DNA from: a virus
DNA length: 64,000 nucleotides
Reading direction: 5' to 3' (one strand)
Virus record (IMG/VR): IMGVR_UViG_3300028299_000132
Coordinates: 1-64,000 of that record
A program made the translations under genes and the position numbers. Below, in pieces: positions 20,680 through 30,543 of the stretch. Under the pieces are notes generated by a model. That model was not told the origin of the DNA and ran no database searches. It saw only the letters and a list, made by a program, of their open reading frames with translations. The number at the start of each line of letters is the position of its first letter. Positions within the stretch are counted from its first letter, which is position 1.

Positions 20680-21098
20680 AATGTTATATTACCCAAATCA
20701 AATGAAAATGAATTACTTTTGAGTTTTGGTGGTTTTTTTGATAGGGGATATTTTTTGAATTTATTATTTATTGAATTGTTACAAGATTTTTTTAAACTAA
20801 CTAACAGTTTTGATAATTTTGTATAACCAAAATAAGATAATCTGTTACTTGGATATATTTCTAATATCTCTTGTCTTATTTTTGTCTTATTATTATAATA
20901 GTAAATAATAATACTATTAAATTCTTTTCTTTCATTATGTATGTGTAAATCAATATTAAGATATTTATTGTCTGTTATTTTATGGTTTGCTGAAAATATA
21001 TAAAATTTACTAGTTATGTTATATGAATATGACCAATCCAATTTATTGGTTTTAGTAAAATTTATAATATTATTTATGATTTTAGAATCTTTATCCAT
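20676..21098 (-). CDS. Hypothetical protein
   Basis: ORF only. Confidence 0.55.
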   Translation of the reverse strand: MDKDSKIINNIINFTKTNKLDWSYSYNITSKFYIFSANHKITDNKYLNIDLHIHNERKEFNSIIIYYYNNKTKIRQEILEIYPSNRLSYFGYTKLSKLLVSLKKSCNNSINNKFKKYPLSKKPPKLKSNSFSFDLGNITF

Positions 21099-21694
21099 TA
21101 TGATTTATTTCTAATAGCCTTTATTACGGTTTCTTTACTTATTTTATTATGTTTTAAAAAATCTTTAAGACTATTGTGAGTAAGAACTTGCATTAAAGTA
21201 AAATTATCACCCAACATACAAGTATAATATCCTGTTACTTTTTCTTCATCTGTTAAATTTTCCCATTCATCCAAATGTTCAATAGAATTATCACTTACCG
21301 CTGTTGGACACATACCAATGGGTTCTTCTTGTAAATTTTCCCAAGGTCTATCCATCTTGGTGTTTAAATTAGAAAATTCTACATATCCATCTGAAACAGG
21401 TTTGTCTATTTCATTATGTTTTGAATCCATAAATTTTACATTAAAACTAACTAAACTCTTCATATTTTCGGATTTCGTTAGGTTATATAATTTATCTATA
21501 TCAAATTTAATATTTTTTATTCTAAATATCAAATTATTTTCATCATTTTTAAAATTTCTTAAAAACATCATAAGATCCTGAATAAAGGGTCCGAATTCAC
21601 TAGATCCTTTCCTAAATTCACCAAATTCAGAAAATTTTATGATTCTATCATCGGTTGGTACTAATAAATCTTCAAATTTTTTATAATTCTTCAT
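21098..21694 (-). CDS. Hypothetical protein with leader MKNYKKFED
   Basis: The internal ATG at 21694 gives the shared leader. Confidence 0.6.
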   Translation of the reverse strand: MKNYKKFEDLLVPTDDRIIKFSEFGEFRKGSSEFGPFIQDLMMFLRNFKNDENNLIFRIKNIKFDIDKLYNLTKSENMKSLVSFNVKFMDSKHNEIDKPVSDGYVEFSNLNTKMDRPWENLQEEPIGMCPTAVSDNSIEHLDEWENLTDEEKVTGYYTCMLGDNFTLMQVLTHNSLKDFLKHNKISKETVIKAIRNKS

Positions 21695-22001
21695 CTTCTT
21701 CCTCATCAAAGACATTTTTTATTTCATAATCTTTCATTTCTGAACTAACCTTCTCTCTTATCTCTTCAACTGGTTTATGTAACATTTTCTTATCAATTGG
21801 TATTTCAATTTCATCATCAAAATCATCATCAACACTATTTTCTAGTTCTTCAATACTTTCATTATTAAAGTTAATTTCATCTTCCCATACATCCGATGGT
21901 GTATTTTTAATATTTTTCAGTGTATCATCTTCTTCTATATCAATTTGATTATCCAATTTACTTTCTTTAATAAATTTACTGAAATTTTTTAAATATTCCA
22001 T
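21681..22001 (-). CDS. Acidic hypothetical protein with leader MEYLKNFSKFIKE
   Basis: Shared leader; very D/E-rich, ends FDEEEDEEL. Confidence 0.65.
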   Translation of the reverse strand: MEYLKNFSKFIKESKLDNQIDIEEDDTLKNIKNTPSDVWEDEINFNNESIEELENSVDDDFDDEIEIPIDKKMLHKPVEEIREKVSSEMKDYEIKNVFDEEEDEEL

Positions 22002-22018
22002 TTTAATATTTTATTTTT

Positions 22019-22381
22019 TTAAATTAAAGTAACCATATCAACCTCTGGGTATTCCTCTAATTTATGTAGTTCTCCATTATTTTTTATATAAATAATACCA
22101 GTAAAAGCCCATTTATGAAGTATTTCAAATCCATCATCTTTTAATTTTTCAATAAAAATATTGATATCACCATCTGGATAGTAAAATCTAGTCTTTAATG
22201 AAACACGATAATCTTTCACTGGGGTGGCTGCCATAGGAGCGGCATCAATACTACTAATATTATCTGATTTTCCAAAGACATTAATTCCTAGATTTTTTTT
22301 TATATTATCTAGTATAGGCCAATTACTTTTATTTATTTCATTTATTTCTGAAAATTCTTCAAAATATTTTATAGTATTCAT
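22019..22381 (-). CDS. Hypothetical protein with leader MNTIKYFEEF
   Basis: Shared leader. Confidence 0.65.
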   Translation of the reverse strand: MNTIKYFEEFSEINEINKSNWPILDNIKKNLGINVFGKSDNISSIDAAPMAATPVKDYRVSLKTRFYYPDGDINIFIEKLKDDGFEILHKWAFTGIIYIKNNGELHKLEEYPEVDMVTLI

Positions 22382-22501
22382 AATATTTTATTTTTTTACA
22401 ACAATTATGTTGTGTATCTTTATATATTAAAAAAAAATGTTAAAAAATATATTTCATAATATCATTTAACTTTATTATATTTAAGAAAAAATTTACAACA
22501 T

Positions 22502-23905
22502 ATGAGTAAAATAGTTGACACTTTATTTGATGGTATATTAGTATATGATGACTCTAATCATATACAGAAAGAGGAAGTTGTTGAAGAAACTAAATCAAAG
22601 ACAGATTACAAGAAATACACATCAAAATTTTTCTTTCCAAAAAAGAAAGAAGAAGAAATAAATGAGGATGATGATACTCCGAGATATAAATGTGATACAA
22701 TGTCAACTATGAGTGTATCTGGTTTTATTGATTTATTGGAAGATAATGGATATAAAAGTGGTGTAAAGAAATGGAATGTTTTTATACCAAATGGATATAA
22801 TGATATTGATGAAAAATTAAAAAAAGTAAAAATATCCAATGATGAACAATTTATATTCGCTATTCCAGGGTGTGATAATCTAGTTAGTAAATATAATGTT
22901 TGGAAGAGTTTAGTGGATAAATACGGCCGTGAAACCGCGTCAACCATCGTTCCAGAATCATTTTTACTAGATAATAAAGAAGATGTTGAATTATTAAAAA
23001 AATTTGATAATCAGAAGTTTATCCTAAAGAAAAAGAAACAACGAAAACTTGGATTAAAATTAGTTGATAAAATTGAAGATATTTCAAAACTAAAAAAAGA
23101 AGAATACACAATAGCACAAAAATACTTAAAACCATTTCTAGTTAATGACAGGAAAGTAAATCTTAGAATATACTTACTTATTACATTGAAAAACAATGAA
23201 ATAACTATTTATGTTTCAAAATTTGGTTCCTGCATTTATACAAAACACGAATATGATCATAGTTCGTGTGATTTTGAAAAAAATATCACATCATATAATA
23301 TGGATTTATCAATCTATGAAGAGAATCCATTGACACTAGAACAATTAAAAACTTATCTGAAAAATAATGGGTTCGACCACATTGATATTTTTTCTAAAAT
23401 AGAGAATAAGATAAAATTGTTTATTTGTGCGATAAAAGATCAATTGGGTGATGAAAAATTTAATAAAAATATGTGTTTTCAGGTTTTTGGTATGGATTTT
23501 ATCCTAGATGAGAATTTAGACCCATTTCTATTAGAATGTAATAAAGGTCCAGAGATGAAACCAAAGGTAACACAAATAGAAGATCCAGATGATATTACAG
23601 AGGATATGATAAATCAAATTAATATTCTTAAAGAAACATTAAATAATGGTGATGATGGCATTGACAAAATCAAAAAGATTAAATCTTGTTACATAAAAAT
23701 TTATAAAGGATTTCCAAAAAATGTTTCAAGAACTGTTATAATGGAAAGAATTGAAAAATTCTATAAAGAAGAAAAAGAACTTGATTCATATCCAAATGGT
23801 TATATAACAGGAAATGGAATTAAAGTTCAAAAAGATACATTACATATAATGAATCTCATAGAGAATAATGAAAATAATGGATTTATAAAAGTTGATGTTA
23901 AATGA
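22502..23905 (+). CDS. Tubulin-tyrosine ligase / polyglutamylase family ATP-grasp enzyme
   Basis: PESFLL, FILKK...QRKLG, IAQKYL.PFLVNDRKVNLRIYLL and FQVFGMDFILDENLDPFLLECNKGP. Confidence 0.85.
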   Translation: MSKIVDTLFDGILVYDDSNHIQKEEVVEETKSKTDYKKYTSKFFFPKKKEEEINEDDDTPRYKCDTMSTMSVSGFIDLLEDNGYKSGVKKWNVFIPNGYNDIDEKLKKVKISNDEQFIFAIPGCDNLVSKYNVWKSLVDKYGRETASTIVPESFLLDNKEDVELLKKFDNQKFILKKKKQRKLGLKLVDKIEDISKLKKEEYTIAQKYLKPFLVNDRKVNLRIYLLITLKNNEITIYVSKFGSCIYTKHEYDHSSCDFEKNITSYNMDLSIYEENPLTLEQLKTYLKNNGFDHIDIFSKIENKIKLFICAIKDQLGDEKFNKNMCFQVFGMDFILDENLDPFLLECNKGPEMKPKVTQIEDPDDITEDMINQINILKETLNNGDDGIDKIKKIKSCYIKIYKGFPKNVSRTVIMERIEKFYKEEKELDSYPNGYITGNGIKVQKDTLHIMNLIENNENNGFIKVDVK

Positions 23906-23954
23906 ACTACTTTTAGCACGCCTAAAACAGTTGTTTTCTTTGATGGTAAAATGT

Positions 23955-23985
23955 AAAAAAAGGACTTCATTTGAAGTCCTTTTTT
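23955..23985. terminator. Bidirectional intrinsic terminator
   Basis: A-tract, GGACTTCA-TT-TGAAGTCC stem-loop and T-tract between convergent genes. Confidence 0.85.
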
Positions 23986-24691
23986 ATGGTAATCCAGCTA
24001 TATTTCCTTGTTTATTTTTTATCTTATAATCATAAAATAATATAAGATATTCCTCTAATGATGTATTCAATCCATCGGTTCCGATTATTTTACCATTAGT
24101 TCTTAGATATGTTTTAACAGTATTAAAACCAACCAAATGTGATGCTGCAACAATCCCAGTTCTTGTTATAGGAATATTGTTAATTTTTTTATTTTTGTAT
24201 TTTTTTATATAATCTTTCATATAAACATTTTCAATCAACCATAGGTATCTTTCAACAACTACCAATTGATCAGCGGGTGGAAATATAAAAGGATTTTTCT
24301 TAAAGTCTTGTGTTTTAATGTGTGAATATCCGACATCCGTTCTCGCTCTATGACCAATCTGCCATAATCCAATATGACCACTAGTTGTATCTCTCCAATT
24401 TCCATCGGATTCTCTTACCGCTAAATCATAAAGAAAATGTTCATAATTTTTATTTTTAGCGTTTGGTAGTATTCTTTTTAATAATTTTTTATTATCTTCT
24501 GGTATATTTTTACCTAATTTTATTGATTTTAGTTTTCTAATGTAAATACTATCAACTATTCTATATTCTTTTTTAATAATTTCAATTGGTTTATAAATAG
24601 TTATTATTGATAATTCTTTACCAGTTGATGATGTTATATCATATGGCATAAGTAAAAATAAAAGAGAAAGTATTGATATAATAATTTTCAT
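23984..24691 (-). CDS. Second lytic transglycosylase/lysozyme-like protein
   Basis: Signal peptide/TM, RESDG...GLWQIG and ITRTGIVAASHLVG; paralog of 20035..20679. Confidence 0.72.
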   Translation of the reverse strand: MKIIISILSLLFLLMPYDITSSTGKELSIITIYKPIEIIKKEYRIVDSIYIRKLKSIKLGKNIPEDNKKLLKRILPNAKNKNYEHFLYDLAVRESDGNWRDTTSGHIGLWQIGHRARTDVGYSHIKTQDFKKNPFIFPPADQLVVVERYLWLIENVYMKDYIKKYKNKKINNIPITRTGIVAASHLVGFNTVKTYLRTNGKIIGTDGLNTSLEEYLILFYDYKIKNKQGNIAGLP

Positions 24692-24770
24692 TTATAAATT
24701 TTTTTAATGAATTCAAATATAAATAAAAAAATTAAATAAAAAAATTATTTTATATTTATGATTTTATTTT

Positions 24771-24780
24771 TTAATATATA
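24771..24780 (+). promoter_or_regulatory. Putative phage (late) promoter TTAATATATA, representative copy
   Basis: The motif recurs about 20 times just upstream of starts, in the orientation of the downstream gene. Confidence 0.65.
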
Positions 24781-24797
24781 CAAAAAAACTATAAAGG

Positions 24798-26081
24798 ATG
24801 AAATTAAAACAATATAAAGATTTCATTTATGAAGCGGAGGAATTTGATATCTTAGACGAATTAGATGATGAATTTGATAGCATAACATTATCAGATAGAT
24901 TGAAAAATAGATTATTAACATTAAAAAAAGGTCAGTCATCTAAGATATCAGTTGGTGATGTGATTGTAAAAAATGATAAAGGTGATGGAAAACTCCCAAA
25001 ACATGCCATTGATTTTTTAAATAAAAAGAAGAGATTCAAAGTACTAAGAATGAACGATAAGGGTAAATTAGATTTAGGATGTAGTGAAGTATATAGAAGA
25101 GAATCTGATAATAAGAAAATAAGAAAAGTTTTTTATTTTTCTCCAAATAGATTTATGAAAACAGATAACTTAGATCCAGTATCACAATTTATTCTATCAC
25201 TAGAAGATATAGAAAAGAAAAATCTTATTGACACACCACTAGATTTCTTAGATGTTGATATGAAGGGTAATTTCACCTTTTTGTCTAGAAGATTTGTTGA
25301 ACCAGGAACGGATTCGTTTAAATCAGCGAAAAGGCAGCCAGCGGGGTTGAATAAAATATTAAATAGAATAGTAACAAAAGAATATTATGACACTAATTTA
25401 AAATCAAGAGATATAGAATTGTTCCTTAATCAATGGAGAGCGTTATTTGATACATCCTTAAATGCAAGAGTTTTAGAAGGTAATGATATTTTAGATGTAT
25501 ATAATCGTGAATTAATGAGTGATGGATGGAAACATTCTTCATGTGCAGCTTTCAATAGTTTAAAATCCGCGGATGTTAATAAATTTAAAGTATTTACAGA
25601 AAATCCACAAGTAAAAGCTCTCGCGATATACTCTAAGGGTAAAATACAGGGTAGGAGATTAATGTTTGATGGAATACAGAGTGAGACACATGGTAAATAT
25701 AAAAAAGGAGACCATGTTAAAATATTAAACAATTTCTATGGTGAAGGTGGTTCTGGTTCCAAAGTTGATCAGGTTATGTTAGAATGGGCGAAAGATAATG
25801 GTGTTGGTCATGTTGGTGGTGGTTATGGTGGAGGTATGGGCAGAGGATCTGGTGGTGTGAAAGATATATTTAGAATAAAATTAGATAACACTAGATTTCC
25901 TTCTTTTCCACCCATAGATATTTTCTATGTTAATTTCAAAACAAATGAAGTATCTTATCCAAATCCAGGTGGTGCTGGATGGCAGCAGATGTATGGTGCT
26001 CGTTGTCCAAAAGATTTGTTAGTTAAATCAAAAGTTTCATCCATATTCAAAAAAGATAAAGAAGAACCAACTGAAGATTAA
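24798..26081 (+). CDS. Hypothetical protein with leader MKLKQYKDFIYE
   Basis: Shared leader and a Gly-rich linker. Confidence 0.7.
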   Translation: MKLKQYKDFIYEAEEFDILDELDDEFDSITLSDRLKNRLLTLKKGQSSKISVGDVIVKNDKGDGKLPKHAIDFLNKKKRFKVLRMNDKGKLDLGCSEVYRRESDNKKIRKVFYFSPNRFMKTDNLDPVSQFILSLEDIEKKNLIDTPLDFLDVDMKGNFTFLSRRFVEPGTDSFKSAKRQPAGLNKILNRIVTKEYYDTNLKSRDIELFLNQWRALFDTSLNARVLEGNDILDVYNRELMSDGWKHSSCAAFNSLKSADVNKFKVFTENPQVKALAIYSKGKIQGRRLMFDGIQSETHGKYKKGDHVKILNNFYGEGGSGSKVDQVMLEWAKDNGVGHVGGGYGGGMGRGSGGVKDIFRIKLDNTRFPSFPPIDIFYVNFKTNEVSYPNPGGAGWQQMYGARCPKDLLVKSKVSSIFKKDKEEPTED

Positions 26082-28201
26082 GAAGCAGCTGGACCTGTTA
26101 CCTCAGGAACAACTAGTTTTGGTGGTGTAATATTTTCACCTGGTGGTTTAGGAGCTGTTGGTGGAATAACTGGACCCCATCCAAGATTTAATTTTAGTTG
26201 AATAACATTACTAACATTAGAAATATCAGTTAGATTCTTTATTTTACTAATATGTACTCTTTCAATAACATATGTATTATCATAATTATAATATATTGAT
26301 AATCCAAGTTTGAGTATCTGATTTCTTATATTATTTTTCTCGTTTGTTGATAATCCATCTTTCATATAAATTATAACATTTCTATAATAGTCTATATCAG
26401 ATTGATCCTTTATTGGTCTAAGAGGAAGATTTTCTTCCTTAAATGGACTTCTACTGTTTTTTTTATCATCAACTAGATATTTTTTAACTTCTTTTTGAGT
26501 TTTTACAGAAGAATCTAATTTTGGATCTTCTTCAACCTCCGTTATTATTTCTTCACTATCATCCAAGAAATCAACATCTTCAAATATTCTGAATTTTCCA
26601 GAATATAATAAAGTTCTTGTATCATTTCCAACAACGGTTAGATAAAAATTATCAAAATCATTATCATATATTTTTTTTATTAATCTAACATCACTTTCTT
26701 GTATTTTATATACAACTGTTCCTAATTTTATATTATTTTGATCACTTTCATAGAATATTTGTTTTTCTATCATTTCTGTATCAGACTTAAATATTAATGT
26801 TAGTTTAGCGTTACTTAAAACATCTGTTAAATCATATGGTTCTGGAACACTATCTTTAGTTATTTGTCTACTTATTTTAAATTTTATAACATTATCAAAC
26901 GGTGTAAGTAATATTGTTAATTTTCCAATAGCTTTGTATTCACTAGATCCACTACTACTTCTAGTACTATTTATAAGAACTTTGTAGTTACTTATTAATA
27001 ATGGATATGGAACTTTTGTTATTCCATATGTATTTGAATATTTTAAATTAGGATTTTCAACATATTTATCAGATCTATAATTATAAATCTTTGGTTTTGT
27101 TATAGTATCTATTTGTAATCTAGATAGTTTCTTACCATATTTGAATAAATTAGAAGTTAAACCAATTGACGATCTCCTAATAATACTACTATTATCAACC
27201 AAATCTTTTATATGCATTTCAACATCTATCGCAGCGGTTGTGTTTGAGTATTTAAATATAGGTCTATATTCAACTTTTTGAGCGAAATTCTCAGTTACTA
27301 AAAATTTAACAGGAAATCCACTTTGAACATTCTCTTCATATAATGTAATAATATATTCTATGTTTATTTTTCTTCCTCTTTCTTCTAACTCTCTAACGAA
27401 GTTATCTAAATTCTCATTGGAATCATTATAAAACCCATATATTTCAAAGAAATCCCAAGTATCAGATTCTTGTATTGTTACACCTAATGATTGATATTCC
27501 GCAGTCTTTGATAAACTAGTTTTGAATGTATCACCAATATAGAAATAATTAGTACCAAGTACATTCTCTTTACTTATAATAAATGAAAAATCTATAAATA
27601 TAGGAGTGTTTAAATTAAGACCACCTAATGTTATATTTGAATTTATAGAATTATCTATTGGTCTATTGTTATCAGAATTTACTAATCTCTGATTAGATAC
27701 TATATCAATAGATGGTATTGATAATTCTATATATTTTCCCCATTCTTTTTCACCATATTTAAAAGGAGAACCTATCTGCATTATTTTCTCTATGTTTGGA
27801 TCACTTTTGTCATAATAATAATTTGAGAACCAACATAATTTCTTTGTTTCATAATCGTAACAATATACTTTAAATAAAAATCCTACATAATCATCAAAAT
27901 TATAATTGAATGGAAAATTAATATTTATTTTATCATATTGTATAGGTGCTGAAAAATAATCTTGAATCTTTAGAAAATTAAATTTACTAGAATCATATTT
28001 AGCGTATTTTTTTAAAACTGGGTCAACATTAAACAATGTATAATCAATAATATTGTTATTAGATGAAACAGATACGAAATTTCTAGTCTGTGTTTTTAAG
28101 TTTGACCACACTGAGTAATTTTCAGATATGCTACCATTTGAATATATCCATTCTATTAATACATCCTCTTGTATATTTATGAATTTTTTATTTTCACTCA
28201 T
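26078..28201 (-). CDS. Large hypothetical protein, possibly structural
   Basis: 707 aa, preceded by TTAATATATA, Pro-rich tail. Confidence 0.6.
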   Translation of the reverse strand: MSENKKFINIQEDVLIEWIYSNGSISENYSVWSNLKTQTRNFVSVSSNNNIIDYTLFNVDPVLKKYAKYDSSKFNFLKIQDYFSAPIQYDKININFPFNYNFDDYVGFLFKVYCYDYETKKLCWFSNYYYDKSDPNIEKIMQIGSPFKYGEKEWGKYIELSIPSIDIVSNQRLVNSDNNRPIDNSINSNITLGGLNLNTPIFIDFSFIISKENVLGTNYFYIGDTFKTSLSKTAEYQSLGVTIQESDTWDFFEIYGFYNDSNENLDNFVRELEERGRKINIEYIITLYEENVQSGFPVKFLVTENFAQKVEYRPIFKYSNTTAAIDVEMHIKDLVDNSSIIRRSSIGLTSNLFKYGKKLSRLQIDTITKPKIYNYRSDKYVENPNLKYSNTYGITKVPYPLLISNYKVLINSTRSSSGSSEYKAIGKLTILLTPFDNVIKFKISRQITKDSVPEPYDLTDVLSNAKLTLIFKSDTEMIEKQIFYESDQNNIKLGTVVYKIQESDVRLIKKIYDNDFDNFYLTVVGNDTRTLLYSGKFRIFEDVDFLDDSEEIITEVEEDPKLDSSVKTQKEVKKYLVDDKKNSRSPFKEENLPLRPIKDQSDIDYYRNVIIYMKDGLSTNEKNNIRNQILKLGLSIYYNYDNTYVIERVHISKIKNLTDISNVSNVIQLKLNLGWGPVIPPTAPKPPGENITPPKLVVPEVTGPAAS

Positions 28202-28250
28202 TATAATTAAATGATTTTAGACTATATATTAAATAATGTATATTCAAAAT

Positions 28251-28287
28251 AAAAAAAAGGTCTGTTCAATGAACAGACCTTTTTTTT
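28251..28287. terminator. Intrinsic terminator
   Basis: A-tract, GGTCTGTTCA-A-TGAACAGACC inverted repeat and T-tract. Confidence 0.85.
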
Positions 28288-28489
28288 AATTCATAAGTTT
28301 GAAAGGTTTTAACTTATTTTTTAATTCATCGTTACTAACTAAATCTGCATATCCATCCGCTTTTTCATAAGCATCTGATTCAGTTAAAGCTTTAACATAA
28401 AATTGAAGGATTTCACCACTCGTAAGTGTGATATCCACAAACCAATATCTAATTGGTTGTTCCTGGTTTTCGTGTTTTTTGTTTTCCAT
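28286..28489 (-). CDS. Small hypothetical protein
   Basis: ORF ending at the terminator. Confidence 0.55.
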   Translation of the reverse strand: MENKKHENQEQPIRYWFVDITLTSGEILQFYVKALTESDAYEKADGYADLVSNDELKNKLKPFKLMN

Positions 28490-28519
28490 AATTTTTCAGA
28501 TTAAATCTGAAAAATTATG
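28487..28519. repeat. Perfect inverted repeat with 16-bp arms
   Basis: CATAATTTTTCAGATT-A-AATCTGAAAAATTATG, covering the start codon of 28286..28489. Confidence 0.85.
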
Positions 28520-28569
28520 ATGAATCTAGTTTTTTCATATTATTGTATATATTAATAATAAATAAAAGT

Positions 28570-29412
28570 TTATTTTCTACCCCCAGATTTATTCAGAACC
28601 GATTTACTTGGTGCAGAATAAGAATTTGATTTAGTTGGGGAATAGTTACTTTTAGTTGGCTGGGTTCTTTGGTACTGAGATGGTTGAGTTCTAGTAGGTT
28701 GAGTTTGTTTGTAAGTGGGTGTAGTTATAGTTGGGTGTGTAGTTTTTATTGGAGTTGGTCTAGTATATTTTGGTATTGTAGTTGGTCTAGTATATTCATT
28801 ATTACTTTTTGGTTGTCTATAAGTAGGTGATGTATAATTTTGTATTTTGTTTTGGGGTTTCTGTCTTTGATTTTGAATAACTGGTTTTTGTTGGATAGTT
28901 TTTTGATTTTGTGGATTTTGATTTCCACCACCATATCTTCTACCATAATAAGAATTAGTGTAACCATTATTCCAATTGTTATGATGATTCCAATAATATC
29001 TGTAAGGATAATAATATGGATAGTAACCATAATAATATGGATAATACCCATAAGGATAATAATTATAATAGTATGGGTAATATGGATAATTGTACCAATA
29101 TGTGTAATATGGTGACCAATAGTAATAATTTGGAGTTAAATTAAAACTTATGTAAATATTATAATTTGGTTCTGTTTCATATTGTTGATATCCAGATTGA
29201 TACGAATCAGATTGTGATGATTTATCTTCTGTGTAATCATCATAATAAGTTTTATTTTCATCAACATACTGTGCTGTATCATTTTTCTGTGATTGATATG
29301 ACATCATTCTGATTTCTTCTCTAGTTTTATAAGTTGGTTGAACAACTTTTTGTGAACAACTCATCGTAATGAATGAAGATAGAATTACGATGATGAAATA
29401 TATTTTTTTCAT
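28570..29412 (-). CDS. Putative lipoprotein with Tyr-rich and Pro/Thr/Gln-rich low-complexity regions
   Basis: Signal peptide ending TMS-C; YYPYYYG tract. Confidence 0.65.
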   Translation of the reverse strand: MKKIYFIIVILSSFITMSCSQKVVQPTYKTREEIRMMSYQSQKNDTAQYVDENKTYYDDYTEDKSSQSDSYQSGYQQYETEPNYNIYISFNLTPNYYYWSPYYTYWYNYPYYPYYYNYYPYGYYPYYYGYYPYYYPYRYYWNHHNNWNNGYTNSYYGRRYGGGNQNPQNQKTIQQKPVIQNQRQKPQNKIQNYTSPTYRQPKSNNEYTRPTTIPKYTRPTPIKTTHPTITTPTYKQTQPTRTQPSQYQRTQPTKSNYSPTKSNSYSAPSKSVLNKSGGRK

Positions 29413-29456
29413 ATTCTTTTGTTTTTTATATATTATACAACAATTATCATACCAAA

Positions 29457-30401
29457 TTATGTGAATTTTATTTTATTTATAACAAAATCAATTAATTCAT
29501 CACTATCTAAATCAATAATATCATTCTCCCATATGGTTATAAGTTTATATCCTTTAGATTCAGCGTATTTCTTTTTTATTCTATCTTTATTCCATATTGT
29601 TACAGCTCTAACTTTTTTGAATGGAAATTCCATAACATCACTTTTTGAATACTTTTTTGGATTCGCGTGCCAAAAATCATCGTTCACTTCTATTAAAATA
29701 TATGTATTATCTAATTTTAAATCAAATTTTTTTATACCTATTTTAAAGTTTTTAGTATATGTTAGGTTCAATTTATCTAGACATGATGAGACTTTTGATT
29801 CAATTGGTTTGTGATTATTCATTATTTCATTTTTTTCCTCATCTATTAGATTATTCCAATGGGTGTAATATACCCCAATCAATTTTCTGAATTCACTTTC
29901 TAATACATCATCATTTTTTAATAAATTCATATCAATATTTTTATTGAAGAATAATTCATTTTTAATCCATTCATAATGTTCTTTATTATCTGATAAATTG
30001 TTTTCAACACCTTTTTTATGAGAGTATTCTTTTTTTCTTTTTATTGATTCTAATTTTGATATGTTATCAACTCCATATTTATCTAAACATGTTTTTTTGT
30101 ATTTTTTTGATGATATTAATTTAGAACTTTTTTTCAAGTCTCTTTTTTTTATCTCAAAATGATCTAATAAGAATAATATATTTCTATAACTTATCCCGTA
30201 TTCTTTTCTTATGTCTGGGAGACTATTCAACTTTATAATATATTCATTATATAAATTATTCTTGTTACTCAAAATAGGAAAATTATAACTTATATAAACC
30301 AATTTTGTATTATAATCATCATTGAGGTTATTTCTATCACATCTATAGATATGATGACCATCATATCTATTTATTTTCTTCTTACAAAAGGGACATCTCA
30401 T
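29457..30401 (-). CDS. Putative homing endonuclease (KKTCLDKYG repeat, PD-(D/E)XK/Vsr-like)
   Basis: CPFC, YGVDNISKLE and FDLKL...IEVNDDFWHANP; likely start at the ATG at 30401. Confidence 0.7.
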   Translation of the reverse strand: MRCPFCKKKINRYDGHHIYRCDRNNLNDDYNTKLVYISYNFPILSNKNNLYNEYIIKLNSLPDIRKEYGISYRNILFLLDHFEIKKRDLKKSSKLISSKKYKKTCLDKYGVDNISKLESIKRKKEYSHKKGVENNLSDNKEHYEWIKNELFFNKNIDMNLLKNDDVLESEFRKLIGVYYTHWNNLIDEEKNEIMNNHKPIESKVSSCLDKLNLTYTKNFKIGIKKFDLKLDNTYILIEVNDDFWHANPKKYSKSDVMEFPFKKVRAVTIWNKDRIKKKYAESKGYKLITIWENDIIDLDSDELIDFVINKIKFT

Positions 30402-30543
30402 AAAATTATATATTTTACAGAAAAGATGGATTTTTTCTAATTTATCAGTATGAAAATCAGACAAAAAATGAAAAAAAATATTAATATATAAGAAAAAAAG
30501 TAAATTATATTCTAGAAATATAATAAAAAAAAATCTTAATTAT

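Noticed and set aside
23902-23940. Possible second IS200/IS605 right end (ATGAACTACT...CTAAA...GTTG..TTTCT, like 53420-53454)
   Set aside because: Only about 10 nt are identical, the match includes the TTL stop codon, and the hairpin is not preserved; probably chance
28286-28489. Membership in the PSGE family (DITLTSGEILQF)
   Set aside because: It lacks the Pro, and the similarity is too short to support
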